Assembly: GCA_028819255.1 (NCBI GenBank)
Contig: JAPPMB010000064.1
Coordinates: 93,478 to 157,477, forward strand
Source of the DNA: Bryobacterales bacterium
GTDB taxonomy: Bacteria; Acidobacteriota; Terriglobia; Bryobacterales; UBA6623
Direction of reading: 5' to 3'
DNA length: 64,000 nt
The position numbers and the translations under genes are program-made. Below the pieces are notes generated by a model. The model was given only the letters and a program-made list of their open reading frames with translations. It was not told the origin of the DNA and ran no database searches. This document shows positions 38,697-49,992 of this stretch, in pieces (positions within the stretch are counted from its first letter, which is position 1; the number at the start of each line of letters is the position of its first letter).

Positions 38697-41128
38697 GGAA
38701 GAAGTCGGCGCGACGCGCTAACCCGCCGGAGTATTGCGAGGTTGCGCTGCCGGTTCCTCTGGAGCAACCGTTCACCTACTCGCTGCCCACCGAGGTTCGC
38801 GCGGCCGCCCGGCCGGGATGCCGCGTCCTCGTCACTTTCCGCAGGGCGACGCTCCCCGGAGTGATCGTCGGCGTACATCGGAACCGGCCCGACTTCAAGG
38901 TCCGGTCCGTCAAGCGGCTCCTGGACGAGGAGCCCTCGCTAGGTCGCGAGCTCCTCGACCTGGGCCGCTGGATCGCCCGCTACTACTGCACGCCGCTCGG
39001 AGAGGTTCTCAAGTCGATGCTGCCGTTGCGCGGGCAGACGCGACGGAAGAAAGTTGTCTCGTTGACCGCGGATGGGAGGGCGGTCCTCGAAGCGACCGTC
39101 ATCGCCGTCGATCTAGATGCGGAGGTCCTGGCCTCGCTGGCCAACCGGTCCCTGACCCTGCCGTACCTGTCCCGAAAGCACCCCGGGGCCGGGGATGCGG
39201 TGCGACGGCTTGAGAAGCGAGGGCTCGTCAGGGTTCGGGTGGTCTTGGAGACGCGGGACCCCACCATGGCTCGCGGCGCCGAACTGGCGGTCGAACTCGG
39301 CGACGCGGCCCTGGCTCCAGCCAGACTTGGCGCGGGCGAGCGATGGCTGCTGGAGTTTCTGCGGCGGAATCCCGGACGCCACGATCTCCGGGCGCTCTCG
39401 GTCGAGCGGCGGGACGCCGTGCCGACGGCACGCAGGCTGGCCAGGACTGGCGCGGTGGTGTTGGACGCGACGCATCGTTACGGCGAACCCGCCCCGCCTC
39501 GGGAACGCGTCAAGCTGACCCGGTCCCAGGAAAATGCCCTGAACGCAGTTGTCGGAGCGATCCGGGAGTCCCGATTCAAGACGTTCCTCCTCCACGGCGT
39601 GACAGGCTCGGGAAAGACCGAGGTATACGTGCGGGCCATCGAGGAAGCCCTCGGTCTGGGAAGGTGCTCTCTGTTGCTGGTGCCCGAGATCTCGCTGACC
39701 CCGGCCCTGGCGTCCGAGTTTCTCGCGCGATTCGGGGACAGGATGGCCCTGCTGCACAGCGCCCTGAACGATTCCCAGCGATCGGACCAGTGGCACAGGA
39801 TCCGGGACGGCAGGGCGCGGATCGTGCTGGGCACGCGGAGCGCCATCTTCGCGCCGGTGCCCGACCTCGGGCTCGTGGTCGTCGACGAGGAGCATGACGG
39901 CAGCTACAAGCAGTCCACGGCGCCCCGCTACAACGGGCGGGACGTGGCGATCGTCCGGGCCCGCGCGGCGGGCGCACCCGTCGTGCTGGGATCCGCCACG
40001 CCGGGCATCGAGACGCGTCACAACGCCCGGACGGGAAAATACACCCTGCTCAGCATGCCGACGCGCATCATGGAGCGGCCCCTGCCGGCCGTCCGGAACG
40101 TCGACATGCGCAGGGAATTCACAGAGACCGGGAAGACACTGCTGTTTTCCCGGGCCATGATCCAGGCGGTGCAGGGCTGTCTCGGGCGCGGCGAGCAGGC
40201 GATGATTCTCCTCAATCGCCGGGGCTTCTCGACATACGTGCTCTGTCGCTCGTGCGGACACAGGGTCGAGTGCCCGAACTGCTCCGTAACCCTGACCTAC
40301 CACAAGCGGAACACCCACCTGCTTTGCCACTACTGCGACCGCTCCGAGGCCGTGCCGAACCGCTGCACGGAGTGCGGGAAGCAGTATCTGCACTTTCACG
40401 GGAGTGGGTCCGAGCGGGTCGAGGAAGAGCTCGAGCGGCATTTTCCGAATGCCAGGATCGCCAGGCTCGATCGCGACACGGTGAGGGGCCGCGACTCCTA
40501 CGAGACGATCCTGGGCGGGTTCCGGAGAGGGGACTCGAACCTGTTGGTCGGCACGCAGATGATCGCCAAGGGCCACGACATCCCGAATGTCACGCTCGTG
40601 TGTGTCGTGGATGCGGACGTCGGTCTGGGCCGGCCGGACTTTCGGGCAGCCGAGCGCACGTTTCAGCTGCTTACCCAGGTCGCCGGTCGGGCCGGTCGGG
40701 GCGACAAGCCCGGCCAGGTGCTCATCCAGACCATGAATCCGGACCACTATGCGGTGGAACTGGCGTCCAGGCAGGACTACGAGGCCTTCTACAGGCGTGA
40801 GACCGGGTTCCGCAAGGCGTTCTGGTACCCGCCCTTCACGTCCCTCGCCTTGATCGTCGTTCGCAACGCCAGCCTGTCCGAGGCCGCCGCCATGAGTGCC
40901 GAACTTGCCGAGCACCTGCAGCCGCCTCCCAACGGGCTGAGACTGGTGGGCCCCGCGACCGCCCCAATGGTGAAGCTGCGGACCGAATACCGTTTTCAGT
41001 TCCTCATCAAGTCGGTCAGCAGAGGAGCCGTGGCCCAGGTCCTGGCGAGGGCCCGTCGCTTTGCGGAACGGCGGCAGTGGCCCGCCACGGCACTCATCGT
41101 CGATGTCGATCCGGTCGAATTCCTGTAG
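38693..41128 (+). CDS. priA: Primosomal protein N'
   Basis: GVTGSGKT, VPEISLT, DEEHD, SATP, four CxxC pairs, GTQMIAKG, QVAGRAGR and DVDP. Confidence 0.97.
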   Translation: MRKKSARRANPPEYCEVALPVPLEQPFTYSLPTEVRAAARPGCRVLVTFRRATLPGVIVGVHRNRPDFKVRSVKRLLDEEPSLGRELLDLGRWIARYYCTPLGEVLKSMLPLRGQTRRKKVVSLTADGRAVLEATVIAVDLDAEVLASLANRSLTLPYLSRKHPGAGDAVRRLEKRGLVRVRVVLETRDPTMARGAELAVELGDAALAPARLGAGERWLLEFLRRNPGRHDLRALSVERRDAVPTARRLARTGAVVLDATHRYGEPAPPRERVKLTRSQENALNAVVGAIRESRFKTFLLHGVTGSGKTEVYVRAIEEALGLGRCSLLLVPEISLTPALASEFLARFGDRMALLHSALNDSQRSDQWHRIRDGRARIVLGTRSAIFAPVPDLGLVVVDEEHDGSYKQSTAPRYNGRDVAIVRARAAGAPVVLGSATPGIETRHNARTGKYTLLSMPTRIMERPLPAVRNVDMRREFTETGKTLLFSRAMIQAVQGCLGRGEQAMILLNRRGFSTYVLCRSCGHRVECPNCSVTLTYHKRNTHLLCHYCDRSEAVPNRCTECGKQYLHFHGSGSERVEEELERHFPNARIARLDRDTVRGRDSYETILGGFRRGDSNLLVGTQMIAKGHDIPNVTLVCVVDADVGLGRPDFRAAERTFQLLTQVAGRAGRGDKPGQVLIQTMNPDHYAVELASRQDYEAFYRRETGFRKAFWYPPFTSLALIVVRNASLSEAAAMSAELAEHLQPPPNGLRLVGPATAPMVKLRTEYRFQFLIKSVSRGAVAQVLARARRFAERRQWPATALIVDVDPVEFL

Positions 41129-41148
41129 ATGGTCCGGCCGTTCCGCCA

Positions 41149-42150
41149 TCAGCGCAGGGTCCGCTCGTACCGACGCCATGCGCGCACCCCTCGGCTGTGG
41201 GCCGCGAGCGTCTTCGAGAAGACGTGGCCGACGCGGAAACCGGGTTTGGCGACGAAGTAGAGAAAATCGCTCTTGTCCGGGGAGAATGCCGCCCGGAGGG
41301 CATCCCGTCCCGGGCTGGCGATCGGGCCTGGCGGCAGACCGCCATGGACGTACGTGTTGTAGGGATGCGGGTCCGCGAGGTCGGAGCGGTAAATGCGTCC
41401 TCGATAGCGACCCTCGAGCACCAGTCCGTAGATGATGGTCGGGTCGCACTGCATCAGCATGCCGCGCCGGATGCGGTTGTGGAACACCGACGACACAAGA
41501 CCCGCTTCGGTCCGGTCGACTGCCTCCTTCTCGATCATCGATGCCAGGACGAGCGCATCCCAATGCTCCATTTCTGCGGTTCGCCGCCGCCACGCATCGG
41601 CCAGCGTCGTTCGGAACTGCGAGATCATCGCCTCGACCAGGTCCTGCGCGGTCGAGGTTCGCGACAGGCTGTACGTGTTGGGAAACAGGACGCCCTCCAA
41701 GGTCTCGGCCTTCGGCAGGAAGTCCTTCACGGGCGTCGGATCCGCCGTGAGCGCAAGGAACTCCTCGCGGTCCACCATGCCGGATCGGGCGACCGCCTCA
41801 GCGGCCTGGAATCGGTTGAGACCCTCCGGCACGGTGACGGAGTACAGGCGCACCCGCCCTTCCGAAATCATGCGAAAGGCTTCGGCGGCGGCGACGGGGC
41901 GCTCGAATGCATACTCTCCGGCCAGAAGCCTTGCATCGCGATTCCAGGCCCTCTCCCAAAGGAACGCCCACTTGGAATCGATCACCCCTCGAGATTCGAG
42001 CGTTGTTGCGATCTGTTGCGAACTTGCACCGAATTCGATCTGCAGAATCACAGGTTCCGGAAACGTCTCCTGCGGCCCTGCGCCGGCGCCACACCCTAGA
42101 AGGGCGGCGGTTGTCAGGAGTACGGCGCGCCTAGGTGCGAGTGTCGGCAA
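41149..42150 (-). CDS. mltG: Endolytic transglycosylase
   Basis: TVPEG, LEGVLFPNTY, LASMIEKE, QCDPT, YNTY..GLPPGPI and YFVA motifs. Confidence 0.93.
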   Translation of the reverse strand: MPTLAPRRAVLLTTAALLGCGAGAGPQETFPEPVILQIEFGASSQQIATTLESRGVIDSKWAFLWERAWNRDARLLAGEYAFERPVAAAEAFRMISEGRVRLYSVTVPEGLNRFQAAEAVARSGMVDREEFLALTADPTPVKDFLPKAETLEGVLFPNTYSLSRTSTAQDLVEAMISQFRTTLADAWRRRTAEMEHWDALVLASMIEKEAVDRTEAGLVSSVFHNRIRRGMLMQCDPTIIYGLVLEGRYRGRIYRSDLADPHPYNTYVHGGLPPGPIASPGRDALRAAFSPDKSDFLYFVAKPGFRVGHVFSKTLAAHSRGVRAWRRYERTLR

Positions 42151-42532
42151 GGTAGCCCTCCAAGAGTAAAGCGGCCGCCGCCTGGTCCGTCCTCCCTCGA
42201 CCTCGTGCAGAGCGGGCCAGATCTTCCGCCTCCCAACTCGTCAGCCGCTCGTCCCGCATCTCGACCTTGACTCCCGCGCGCTTCGCCAAGCGACGTGCGA
42301 ACCGGGTCGCCAGGTTCGACGACCGACTCGGACGGCCGTCCATGTGCAGCGGCAGCCCTACGAGCACCATCTCGATTCCGCGCTCGCGGACCAGGGCGGC
42401 TAGCCTGTCAAGATCCGTGCGGATGTTCTTCCGCACGAGCGTGGGGAGTCCATGGGCCGCGATGCCGAGCTCGTCGCTGACGGCGATTCCAATGCGGCGC
42501 GTCCCCCAGTCCAGGGCCATCACCCGTGGCAA
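42131..42532 (-). CDS. ruvX: Holliday junction resolvase-like protein RuvX/YqgF
   Basis: ALDWGTRRIGIAVSD, VGLP, DERLTS and DQAAA..LL motifs. Confidence 0.93.
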   Translation of the reverse strand: MPRVMALDWGTRRIGIAVSDELGIAAHGLPTLVRKNIRTDLDRLAALVRERGIEMVLVGLPLHMDGRPSRSSNLATRFARRLAKRAGVKVEMRDERLTSWEAEDLARSARGRGRTDQAAAALLLEGYLADTRT

Positions 42533-42578
42533 TCCAGCGCTCCCTGCACAGCGGTTCGTTTCTGCGACGCCGAGCTCG

Positions 42579-43979
42579 TCATGGCCTTCGGCCCATTTTT
42601 TCGATCGTGACGTCCCAGGGCTGGGACGGCAGGGGGTCGTACCGAGGGCGAGCGTCCATGCGCGGCATGCCCTGGATTGCGGTGCTCAGCTTCCGGAAGG
42701 CCGCCAGGTGTTCCGGAAGACTGCTTGCCAGCAGGTTTTGCGTCTCGCCGGGGTCCTGCAACAGATCGTAGAGTTCACGCACCTCGCCGTCAACGACGTG
42801 AATCTTGAAGCGCTTGTCGCGCACCACGCGCGGAGCATAGTCGTGGACCCCCCGGACGCCACGCTCGTCGAGGACCGCCGGCCCGAAGCCCATGGCCGCG
42901 ATCCATTCCCGCGGTCCGACCTGCTCCCTTCCCAGCAGCAGGTTCGCCATCGACTTGCCGTCCAGCCGCACCCCGCCAGGCAACTCCGCCCCTGCGAGCT
43001 CGCAGAACGTGGGAAACAGATCCGAGAAGTCCGTCAGCTCGTCGGTCACGGCTCCGGCCGGCACGAGCCCCGGGCCGTTGGCGATGAACGGCTGTCGAGG
43101 GCCGTTTTCGGTGAGCCTGCCCTTTCCCCCGACTACCAGCCGGCCGTTGAGGCGCCCCCGGATTCTTCGGGTGGTGCCGTTGTCCGTTGTGAAGATCACG
43201 ATCGTGTTGTCGCGGACTCCTGCTTCGTCGATCGCCTTGACGAGCCTGCCCACGAGGTAGTCCGTGTAGCGGACCATCGCCTTGTGCATCTCCAGCGGTG
43301 TCGACGCGAACGGCTCGTGCGGCGTCTGGACGAAGGGGCCGTGGGTGAGCACCATCGGGTAGTAGAGCAGAATCGGGCGGTCGCGGTTCCTGTGGACGAA
43401 CTCGACGAGAAAGTCGGTGAAGACATCGGGCCCGAACTTGCCCTTGTAGGTGCGGCTGGCCGCCTTGTTGGTGTACACGTACGGGTCCCAGTAACGGGCG
43501 TTGCTGTCAGGATTGCCCCCTTCGCCGCCCGTCCAGACGGACCACTCGTCAAATCCGTGTCTGGAAAGGATGTTCGGCTGGACACGGAAGTCGTTGATCT
43601 GCCACTTGCCGGCGATGGCGGTCGCGTACCCGGCATCCCTCAGCAGTCTGGCGAACGACATGTTGTGTTCCGGGTCGAAGTGGCACCCCGCTCCCCAGCG
43701 CGGCACATCCCAGTGGTTTGTCCAGCCGTGTCGAAAAGGGTACTGTCCCGTCAGCAGTGTCACGCGCGTTGGCGTGCATTGCGGCATGGAGTAGGCGTTC
43801 CGGAAAACCATTCCACCCGCTGCCAGGTGGTCGATGTTGGGTGTCTCGATTCCCTCGCCGCCGTAGCTGGAGATCCATTCCGGACCCAGATCGTCCGCCA
43901 TGATCAGGACGATGTTCGGTGGAGCGGCCCAGGCCGGCGCAGCCAACAGAAAAACGAAGAGCCCCTCGAATAGCCGCAC
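42579..43979 (-). CDS. Sulfatase (Cys-type, CTPTR), secreted
   Basis: PNIVLIMADDLG, MPQCTPTR, AGKWQ, TTDNG and LYDL..DPGE motifs; GTG start at 43979. Confidence 0.92.
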   Translation of the reverse strand: MRLFEGLFVFLLAAPAWAAPPNIVLIMADDLGPEWISSYGGEGIETPNIDHLAAGGMVFRNAYSMPQCTPTRVTLLTGQYPFRHGWTNHWDVPRWGAGCHFDPEHNMSFARLLRDAGYATAIAGKWQINDFRVQPNILSRHGFDEWSVWTGGEGGNPDSNARYWDPYVYTNKAASRTYKGKFGPDVFTDFLVEFVHRNRDRPILLYYPMVLTHGPFVQTPHEPFASTPLEMHKAMVRYTDYLVGRLVKAIDEAGVRDNTIVIFTTDNGTTRRIRGRLNGRLVVGGKGRLTENGPRQPFIANGPGLVPAGAVTDELTDFSDLFPTFCELAGAELPGGVRLDGKSMANLLLGREQVGPREWIAAMGFGPAVLDERGVRGVHDYAPRVVRDKRFKIHVVDGEVRELYDLLQDPGETQNLLASSLPEHLAAFRKLSTAIQGMPRMDARPRYDPLPSQPWDVTIEKMGRRP

Positions 43980-44213
43980 CGTACCGATAGGGTAGTACGC
44001 GCCCTCGTCAAGGAATGCCGAAATTGGAGTCCACGCTAGCGAGTCTGCGTACACCGGACGCGCCGGCGCCGCGCGCGGCCTGAGAGCCCGAATTGTGCCG
44101 TCCTCCGTCCTGATCCGTCTGCGACCGGCCGTCGTTGGTCAGCCCCGGGAGGCCTCGGGCGACTCTCGACCGCCATCCCGCGCGGAGATAGGAATGGGAC
44201 ACACTGATAGGCC

Positions 44214-46184
44214 ATGGACACATTGTTCTCGTCCGACGACCCATCGATCTACGACATTCGGACCGACGCGCCCGGACCGTCCGGCCAGCTTCCATTGACG
44301 CCCCGCATGCTCCGGACACTCCCGAGCGGGGACATTTTCGGCTGGACCCAGGACGCCGGCATGGGGTGGAATCCGGCCCACCTCGGCCGGGACGAGTACC
44401 TCATCCTCAGCACGCAGGGCGGCATTCGCGCCGAGGACGGCTCGCCCATCGCGCTCGGGTACCACACGGGTCATTTCGAAGTGGGCCTCCTGATGCGCGA
44501 GGCGGCGGTCGAGCTGCGCGAGCGAGGCGCCATACCCTTTGCCGGGTTCTGCAGCGACCCGTGCGACGGGCGAACGCAGGGAACCCCCGGAATGATGGAC
44601 TCGCTTCCTTACCGCAACGACGCCGCGCAAGTCTTGCGACGCCTCATCAGGTCCCTGCCGACTCGGCGCGGCGTGATCGGCGTCGCGACCTGCGACAAGG
44701 GTCTGCCGGCCATGATGATGGCACTGGCGTCCATGCACGATCTGCCCTGCGTTCTAGTGCCGGGAGGCGTGACTCTGCCGCCCAGCGACGGGGAGGACGC
44801 GGGAAAGGTCCAGACGATCGGCGCGCGGTTCGCGCACGGCGAGCTCAGCCTGGATCAAGCCCGGGAATTCGGCTGTCGGGCTTGCGGGTCGCCGGGGGGG
44901 GGCTGCCAGTTCCTCGGTACGGCGGCAACGGCTCAGGTGGTCGCCGAGGCCTTGGGCCTCGCGCTTCCCCATTCCGCGCTGGCGCCATCCGGCCAGGCGG
45001 TCTGGAAGGATGCTGCCCGCAGATCAGCCGAGGCCGTGATGGCGCAGGCGAGGGCCGGCCTGACGGTTCGCGAGGTCGTGACCGCGGGGGCGCTTCGTAA
45101 CGCCATGGTGGTCCACGCGGCCTTCGGCGGCTCGACCAACCTGCTTCTGCATCTCCCGGCAGTGGCCTACTGCGCGGGCCTCCGGCGCCCATCCGTCGGC
45201 GACTGGGCCGACGTCAACTGCCAGGTCGTTCGACTGGTCGACGTGCTGCCGAACGGACCGGTCGGCCACCCTACGGTGCGGGTGTTCATGGCCGGAGGCG
45301 TGCCGGAGGTCATGCTGCACCTGAGAGGCCTGAACCTGCTCGACCTCGGCGCTCTTACCGCCACTGGCCTGCCGCTGGGGCGGATGCTCGAACTGTGGGA
45401 GTCGAGCGAGCGGCGAAGGGTCTTCCGGAAGCGCCTCTCGGAGATCGACGGAGTGGGCCCGGGCGAAGTCATCTACGCGCCCGGCGCGGCGGAGCGCAGC
45501 GGCCTGACGAGCACGATCACGTTCTGCAGGGGGAATCTTGCCCCGGAAGGGTCGGTCGTCAAGAGCACGGCCATCGACCCATCCCTGATCGGCGCTGACG
45601 GCGTCTATCGCAAGCAGGGACCTGCCAGGGTCTTCACTCGGGAAGCCGATGCCATTCGGGCGATCAAGCGGGGCGATGTGCGTGCCGGCGACATCATGGC
45701 GCTGATCTGCTGCGGTCCGCTGGGCTCGGGCATGGAGGAGATCTACCAGATCACGTCGGCCCTCAAGCACGTCTCCTACGGCAAGGAGGTCGCAGTGATC
45801 ACCGACGCCCGGTTCTCGGGCGTTTCGACCGGGGCCTGCATTGGACATGTCGGTCCCGAAGCCCTTGCGGGCGGGCCCATCGGAAAGCTCGTGGACGGCG
45901 ATGTCCTGCGGATCGAGATCGACTGCAGGCGGCTTCGGGGAGCAATCGATCTGGTGGGCCAGGGGGCCAAGGCTGTCGGCCCCGAGGAAGGCACGCGGGT
46001 GCTGGCCTCACGCAGCGTCCGAGAGGATCTCTCGCCCCATCCGGGCATCCCCGATGACACCCGCCTTTGGGCAGCGATGCAGGCCTGCAGCGGCGGAACC
46101 TGGAACGGTTGCGTCTACGACGTGGACAAGATCGTCGCGGCTCTTGCCCGGGGGCTCGCCGCGGGGTCTCCTACGGGCGGATGA
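44214..46184 (+). CDS. YjhG/YagF family D-xylonate dehydratase (IlvD/Edd family)
   Basis: [53 protein letters not shown] and TDARFSG motifs. Confidence 0.92.
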   Translation: MDTLFSSDDPSIYDIRTDAPGPSGQLPLTPRMLRTLPSGDIFGWTQDAGMGWNPAHLGRDEYLILSTQGGIRAEDGSPIALGYHTGHFEVGLLMREAAVELRERGAIPFAGFCSDPCDGRTQGTPGMMDSLPYRNDAAQVLRRLIRSLPTRRGVIGVATCDKGLPAMMMALASMHDLPCVLVPGGVTLPPSDGEDAGKVQTIGARFAHGELSLDQAREFGCRACGSPGGGCQFLGTAATAQVVAEALGLALPHSALAPSGQAVWKDAARRSAEAVMAQARAGLTVREVVTAGALRNAMVVHAAFGGSTNLLLHLPAVAYCAGLRRPSVGDWADVNCQVVRLVDVLPNGPVGHPTVRVFMAGGVPEVMLHLRGLNLLDLGALTATGLPLGRMLELWESSERRRVFRKRLSEIDGVGPGEVIYAPGAAERSGLTSTITFCRGNLAPEGSVVKSTAIDPSLIGADGVYRKQGPARVFTREADAIRAIKRGDVRAGDIMALICCGPLGSGMEEIYQITSALKHVSYGKEVAVITDARFSGVSTGACIGHVGPEALAGGPIGKLVDGDVLRIEIDCRRLRGAIDLVGQGAKAVGPEEGTRVLASRSVREDLSPHPGIPDDTRLWAAMQACSGGTWNGCVYDVDKIVAALARGLAAGSPTGG

Positions 46185-47529
46185 TCGAGCCGTCCCTTCG
46201 GCGGGTCGTCCCCCAGCTGTAGTCGAACGGCGTGTCGTAACGGGAGTCAAGGTCGTACTTGGCGGCCAGCTCCTCGTCGATCTCCATGCCCCATCCGGGA
46301 GACTCATTCGGAAAGAAGAACCCGTTCTCCAGTCGGGGACACCCCCGAAACACCTCGTGGACGGAGTCCGGCCAGGTTCGCGCTTCCTGGATGCCGAAGT
46401 TGTAGCAGCTCACGTCCAGGGCGATGTTTGCGAGGTGACCGACCGGCGAGGTGTCCCCGGGGCCGTGCCATGCGGTGCGGACGCCGAACCACTCACAGAG
46501 GGCTGCCAGCTTTCGGGCCGGCGTCAGTCCGCCGATCTGCGAGATGTGAACGCGGATGAAGTCAATCAGCCGTTCCGCGATGAGACCGATGAACTCGTGG
46601 GGCGAGTTGAAAAGCTCGCCCATGGCGATCGCAGTGGTCGTCTGGGACCGCATGTGCCGGAAATAGCCGATCTGCTCGGGTGAAACTGGATCCTCAATGA
46701 AGAACGGCCGATACTCTTCGACCCGCTTCAGCAGCCACATCGCCTGGGGATTCGTGAGCCGCTCGTGGACATCGTGCAGCAGCTCGATCTCGTCGCCGAG
46801 CTTCCCGCGCATGTGCGCGAAGAGCTTCGGGACGCTGAGCAGGTACGGCGTCGGCTCATACATTCGCTCCGCATGATCACCGCCCGACGGAGCGCCGAGG
46901 AAGCCCGTCGGGTTGCCGCCACTGCTCCGGGCACCGTAGTTCGCGTTTCCGGGGAGGCCGACCTGAATGCGCACATGGCGCACACCCTCCTCAATGTACG
47001 CGCGCGCGGCGTCCTCCACCTCTTCCAGGCTGGACCCGGAGGCGTGCCGGTAGACATCGGCGCCGTTCCTGGCCTTCCCGCCGAGGAGCGCATAGACCGG
47101 CATGTTGGCGCGCCTGCCCTTGATGTCCCACAGAGCCTGGTCGACACCGCTCATCGCGTTGTAGAGCACGGGTCCGTTGCGCCAGTACGAGCTGACGTAC
47201 ATCGTCTGCCAGATGTCCTCAATGTGGTCCGGGTTCTTGCCCTTGAGAAAGGGGCGCAGAAACTCGTCGACGGCCGTGACCACGGCCCTGGCCCGCTGCG
47301 TGAACGTTGCGCACCCGTATCCGTACAATCCTGGCTCGTTCGTCTCGACCTTGACGATGACCGTTCTCGGCAAGCCGGGAGGGGCCGTCAGGATCGACTT
47401 GACGTCGGTGATCTTGACATCCGGGAGACCGCGTCTCGCACGCTGTTCCTGGGCCGACGCGGACGGGAGGGCGAGCGCAGGCATGGCGCCGACACCGGCG
47501 AGTCGCTTGAGGGCATTCCGACGTTTCAT
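46171..47529 (-). CDS. Mandelate racemase/enolase superfamily, RspA/mannonate dehydratase-like, with Tat-like signal
   Basis: [39 protein letters not shown] and PGWG motifs; N-terminus [12 protein letters not shown]...ASAQ. Confidence 0.9.
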   Translation of the reverse strand: MKRRNALKRLAGVGAMPALALPSASAQEQRARRGLPDVKITDVKSILTAPPGLPRTVIVKVETNEPGLYGYGCATFTQRARAVVTAVDEFLRPFLKGKNPDHIEDIWQTMYVSSYWRNGPVLYNAMSGVDQALWDIKGRRANMPVYALLGGKARNGADVYRHASGSSLEEVEDAARAYIEEGVRHVRIQVGLPGNANYGARSSGGNPTGFLGAPSGGDHAERMYEPTPYLLSVPKLFAHMRGKLGDEIELLHDVHERLTNPQAMWLLKRVEEYRPFFIEDPVSPEQIGYFRHMRSQTTTAIAMGELFNSPHEFIGLIAERLIDFIRVHISQIGGLTPARKLAALCEWFGVRTAWHGPGDTSPVGHLANIALDVSCYNFGIQEARTWPDSVHEVFRGCPRLENGFFFPNESPGWGMEIDEELAAKYDLDSRYDTPFDYSWGTTRRRDGSIIRP

Positions 47530-48281
47530 TGCGGAAGTATATACCATGGCTGGCGAATGACCGGGATTGATTCTTGTCCAGCCGACCACTGAGTAACCAA
47601 GGCAGCGAATCGCGAGTTGCAGCGAATCAGCGGGACAAATCGGACCCATGGTTCGGTTCATTCGGCAGTAATACGGTGTATGTCTGGGACAATGAGGCGC
47701 GTATTCAAGAGTCTAACGGCTCTGAATCAGGAGCAACCACAGAAATGTCAGTTCGATAATTCGCAAGGTAATCATCACTCAATTATGTTCTGTTCCGTCA
47801 GAATCACATCCAATTCCGGAGGGTCAGGGGGAATTGCGGCATGCAGCGCCCGCGGAAGCGCTGCTCCGACCCACGACACTTGTCGGGCGACACCAGATCC
47901 GTAGTGGGTCGAGGCCGCCGGCCACAGGGGCTCCTGGCGTTCCCGCTGCGTCTCTTCGCGGGCGGGGCCAGGAGATTGGGGCGTGCAAGGTCTTCCGGTA
48001 AACCGGTCGCCGGTCGACTCGGCCCCATGGCGGTGACGTTTCCGACGCGGGCAGGGCATGGACTCCGGGAGCCCTGTGAACCTTCGGTCCCGAATCCGCG
48101 ATCCGGCCCTGCGGGGCCGCGAGACCGGAGGCGGGAGGCTGATACGATCTTGGTGCCCGTGATGCTCGTCTCTCAGCGGGAAGTCATCGTCCGGCCGCCG
48201 CTGGAGTTCCTGCGCCAGCAGGAACTTGCCGCGGGACCGGTTTCGTTGGGAATGGAAGAGACGTCGGAGGAGGAGGAAACT

Positions 48282-49679
48282 GTGCGAACGACAAGGCTCA
48301 AGTCTCTTCGGGAGCTCATTCGAGGATGGTCACGACGAATCTGCAGACCGCTGGCGAGGGCCGGCGCGCTGGCCCTGCTTGCATTGGCCCCGACCGAGGC
48401 TCACGCGGCGGTCGACAGCGAAGCCCAGTTCATCCTCAACACTCTCGCTTTCCTGGTGTGGGGAGCTCTGGTGATGTGGATGGCGGCGGGATTCACGATG
48501 CTCGAGGCAGGGTCTGTACGCACTAAGAACGCCTCAATGATCTGTCTGAAGAACATCGGCCTCTACTCCATCGCCGGGCTGACGTTCTACTTCATCGGCT
48601 ACAACCTCATGTACGTCGGTGTCGGCGAAGGCGGACTCATCGGTGCGCTCAGGCTCCTCTACGGTACGTCCGCTGCCGAGGTCCAACTCCTCGGGGGCGA
48701 CGCGGAAGCCGCTGCCGAGGTCATCGGCAACAGCCACGCCGTCATGTCGGACTGGTTCTTCCAGATGGTGTTCGTGGCTACCACGGCGTCGATCGTATCC
48801 GGTGCGCTGGCCGAGCGGGTCAAGCTCTGGTCATTCTTCGTCTTCATCGCAGTCCTGACCGCTTTCATTTATCCGATAGTCGGTGCGTGGACCTGGGGCG
48901 GCGGCTGGCTCAGCGCTATGGGATTCAAGGATTTTGCCGGATCGACAATCGTCCACTCCACAGGAGGCTGGGCGGCCCTCGCGGGTGCGCTGGTCGTGGG
49001 GCCGCGGAAGGGCAAGTTCCGTGATGACGGCTCAGTCAAGTTGACTCCTCCGTCCAACGTTCCGGCTGTCACGCTGGGCGTCTTCATCCTGTGGCTTGGA
49101 TGGTTCGGGTTCAATGGCGGATCGCAACTGGCCCTGAGCGGGGCGGTTGACGCGGTTGCCGTCGCCAACATCTTCACGAACACGAATCTCGCGGCTGCGG
49201 CCGGTGTGGTCACGGCCATCCTGATTTCCCGGCCGATTCTGGGACGCATCGACCTCATGGCCGGGCTGAACGGAACACTCGGCGGTCTCGTTGCGATCAC
49301 CGCAGCTCCGGATATCGTGAGCCACCTTTGGGCCGTTGTCATCGGAGCGATCGGCGGAGCGGTCTGCGTGTCGGCGATGAAGTTCCTGGAATCGTTGAGA
49401 GTCGACGATGTCGTAGGCGCGGTACCCGCCCATCTGTTCTGCGGCGTGTGGGGGACGCTCGCCGTCTGCATTGCGGGCGGTGGCAGTTTCGGGGTCCAGC
49501 TGCTTGGGATCGTCGTTATCGGTGCGTTCGCATTCGGCACCTCGCTGCTGCTCTGGTATGTCCTCAAGTGGACGATGGGCGCTCGCGTGTCAGCGAATGT
49601 CGAGGCGCACGGCCAGGATGTGGGCGAACTGGGAATCGAGGCCTACCCCGAATTCGTTCTGCTGCCTGAAGAGGACTGA
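48282..49679 (+). CDS. amt: Ammonium transporter
   Basis: GFTMLEAG, WFFQMVF, SGALAER, DFAGSTIVH, WFGFNGGS and DDVVGAVPAH motifs; SD AGGAGG before GTG48282. Confidence 0.96.
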   Translation: MRTTRLKSLRELIRGWSRRICRPLARAGALALLALAPTEAHAAVDSEAQFILNTLAFLVWGALVMWMAAGFTMLEAGSVRTKNASMICLKNIGLYSIAGLTFYFIGYNLMYVGVGEGGLIGALRLLYGTSAAEVQLLGGDAEAAAEVIGNSHAVMSDWFFQMVFVATTASIVSGALAERVKLWSFFVFIAVLTAFIYPIVGAWTWGGGWLSAMGFKDFAGSTIVHSTGGWAALAGALVVGPRKGKFRDDGSVKLTPPSNVPAVTLGVFILWLGWFGFNGGSQLALSGAVDAVAVANIFTNTNLAAAAGVVTAILISRPILGRIDLMAGLNGTLGGLVAITAAPDIVSHLWAVVIGAIGGAVCVSAMKFLESLRVDDVVGAVPAHLFCGVWGTLAVCIAGGGSFGVQLLGIVVIGAFAFGTSLLLWYVLKWTMGARVSANVEAHGQDVGELGIEAYPEFVLLPEED

Positions 49680-49708
49680 CCGCAACTGCACGGAAGCAAA
49701 GGAAGACT

Positions 49709-49733
49709 GCCCTCCGCAGCGTTCGCGGAGGGC
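49709..49733. terminator. Hairpin after amt, possible terminator
   Basis: GCCCTCCGC-agcgttc-GCGGAGGGC, 9-bp stem 30 nt after the stop; no U-tract on the plus strand. Confidence 0.4.
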
Positions 49734-49992
49734 CGGCGGCGCCCGTGGTGCGCCTCAGACCGACCGGTCATATTTTGCCGCGACGCACCACTGAGCATTG
49801 GCTCTGGGGCGACCCGCACACCTCGCGAACTGCGGACCACAGCCCTCAGTTCCGGTGTGGCGCCGGCATGCCTCGGGGGACTGAAGGCACCGCATGCAGA
49901 CCGTCGCCGCGACGCTCTCGCGATGGGGCGACCGACCGGCAGGCAGCGGAGCGGCTTCCGCCGTCTACGATTGAGATTGGAGATCCTCGGGT

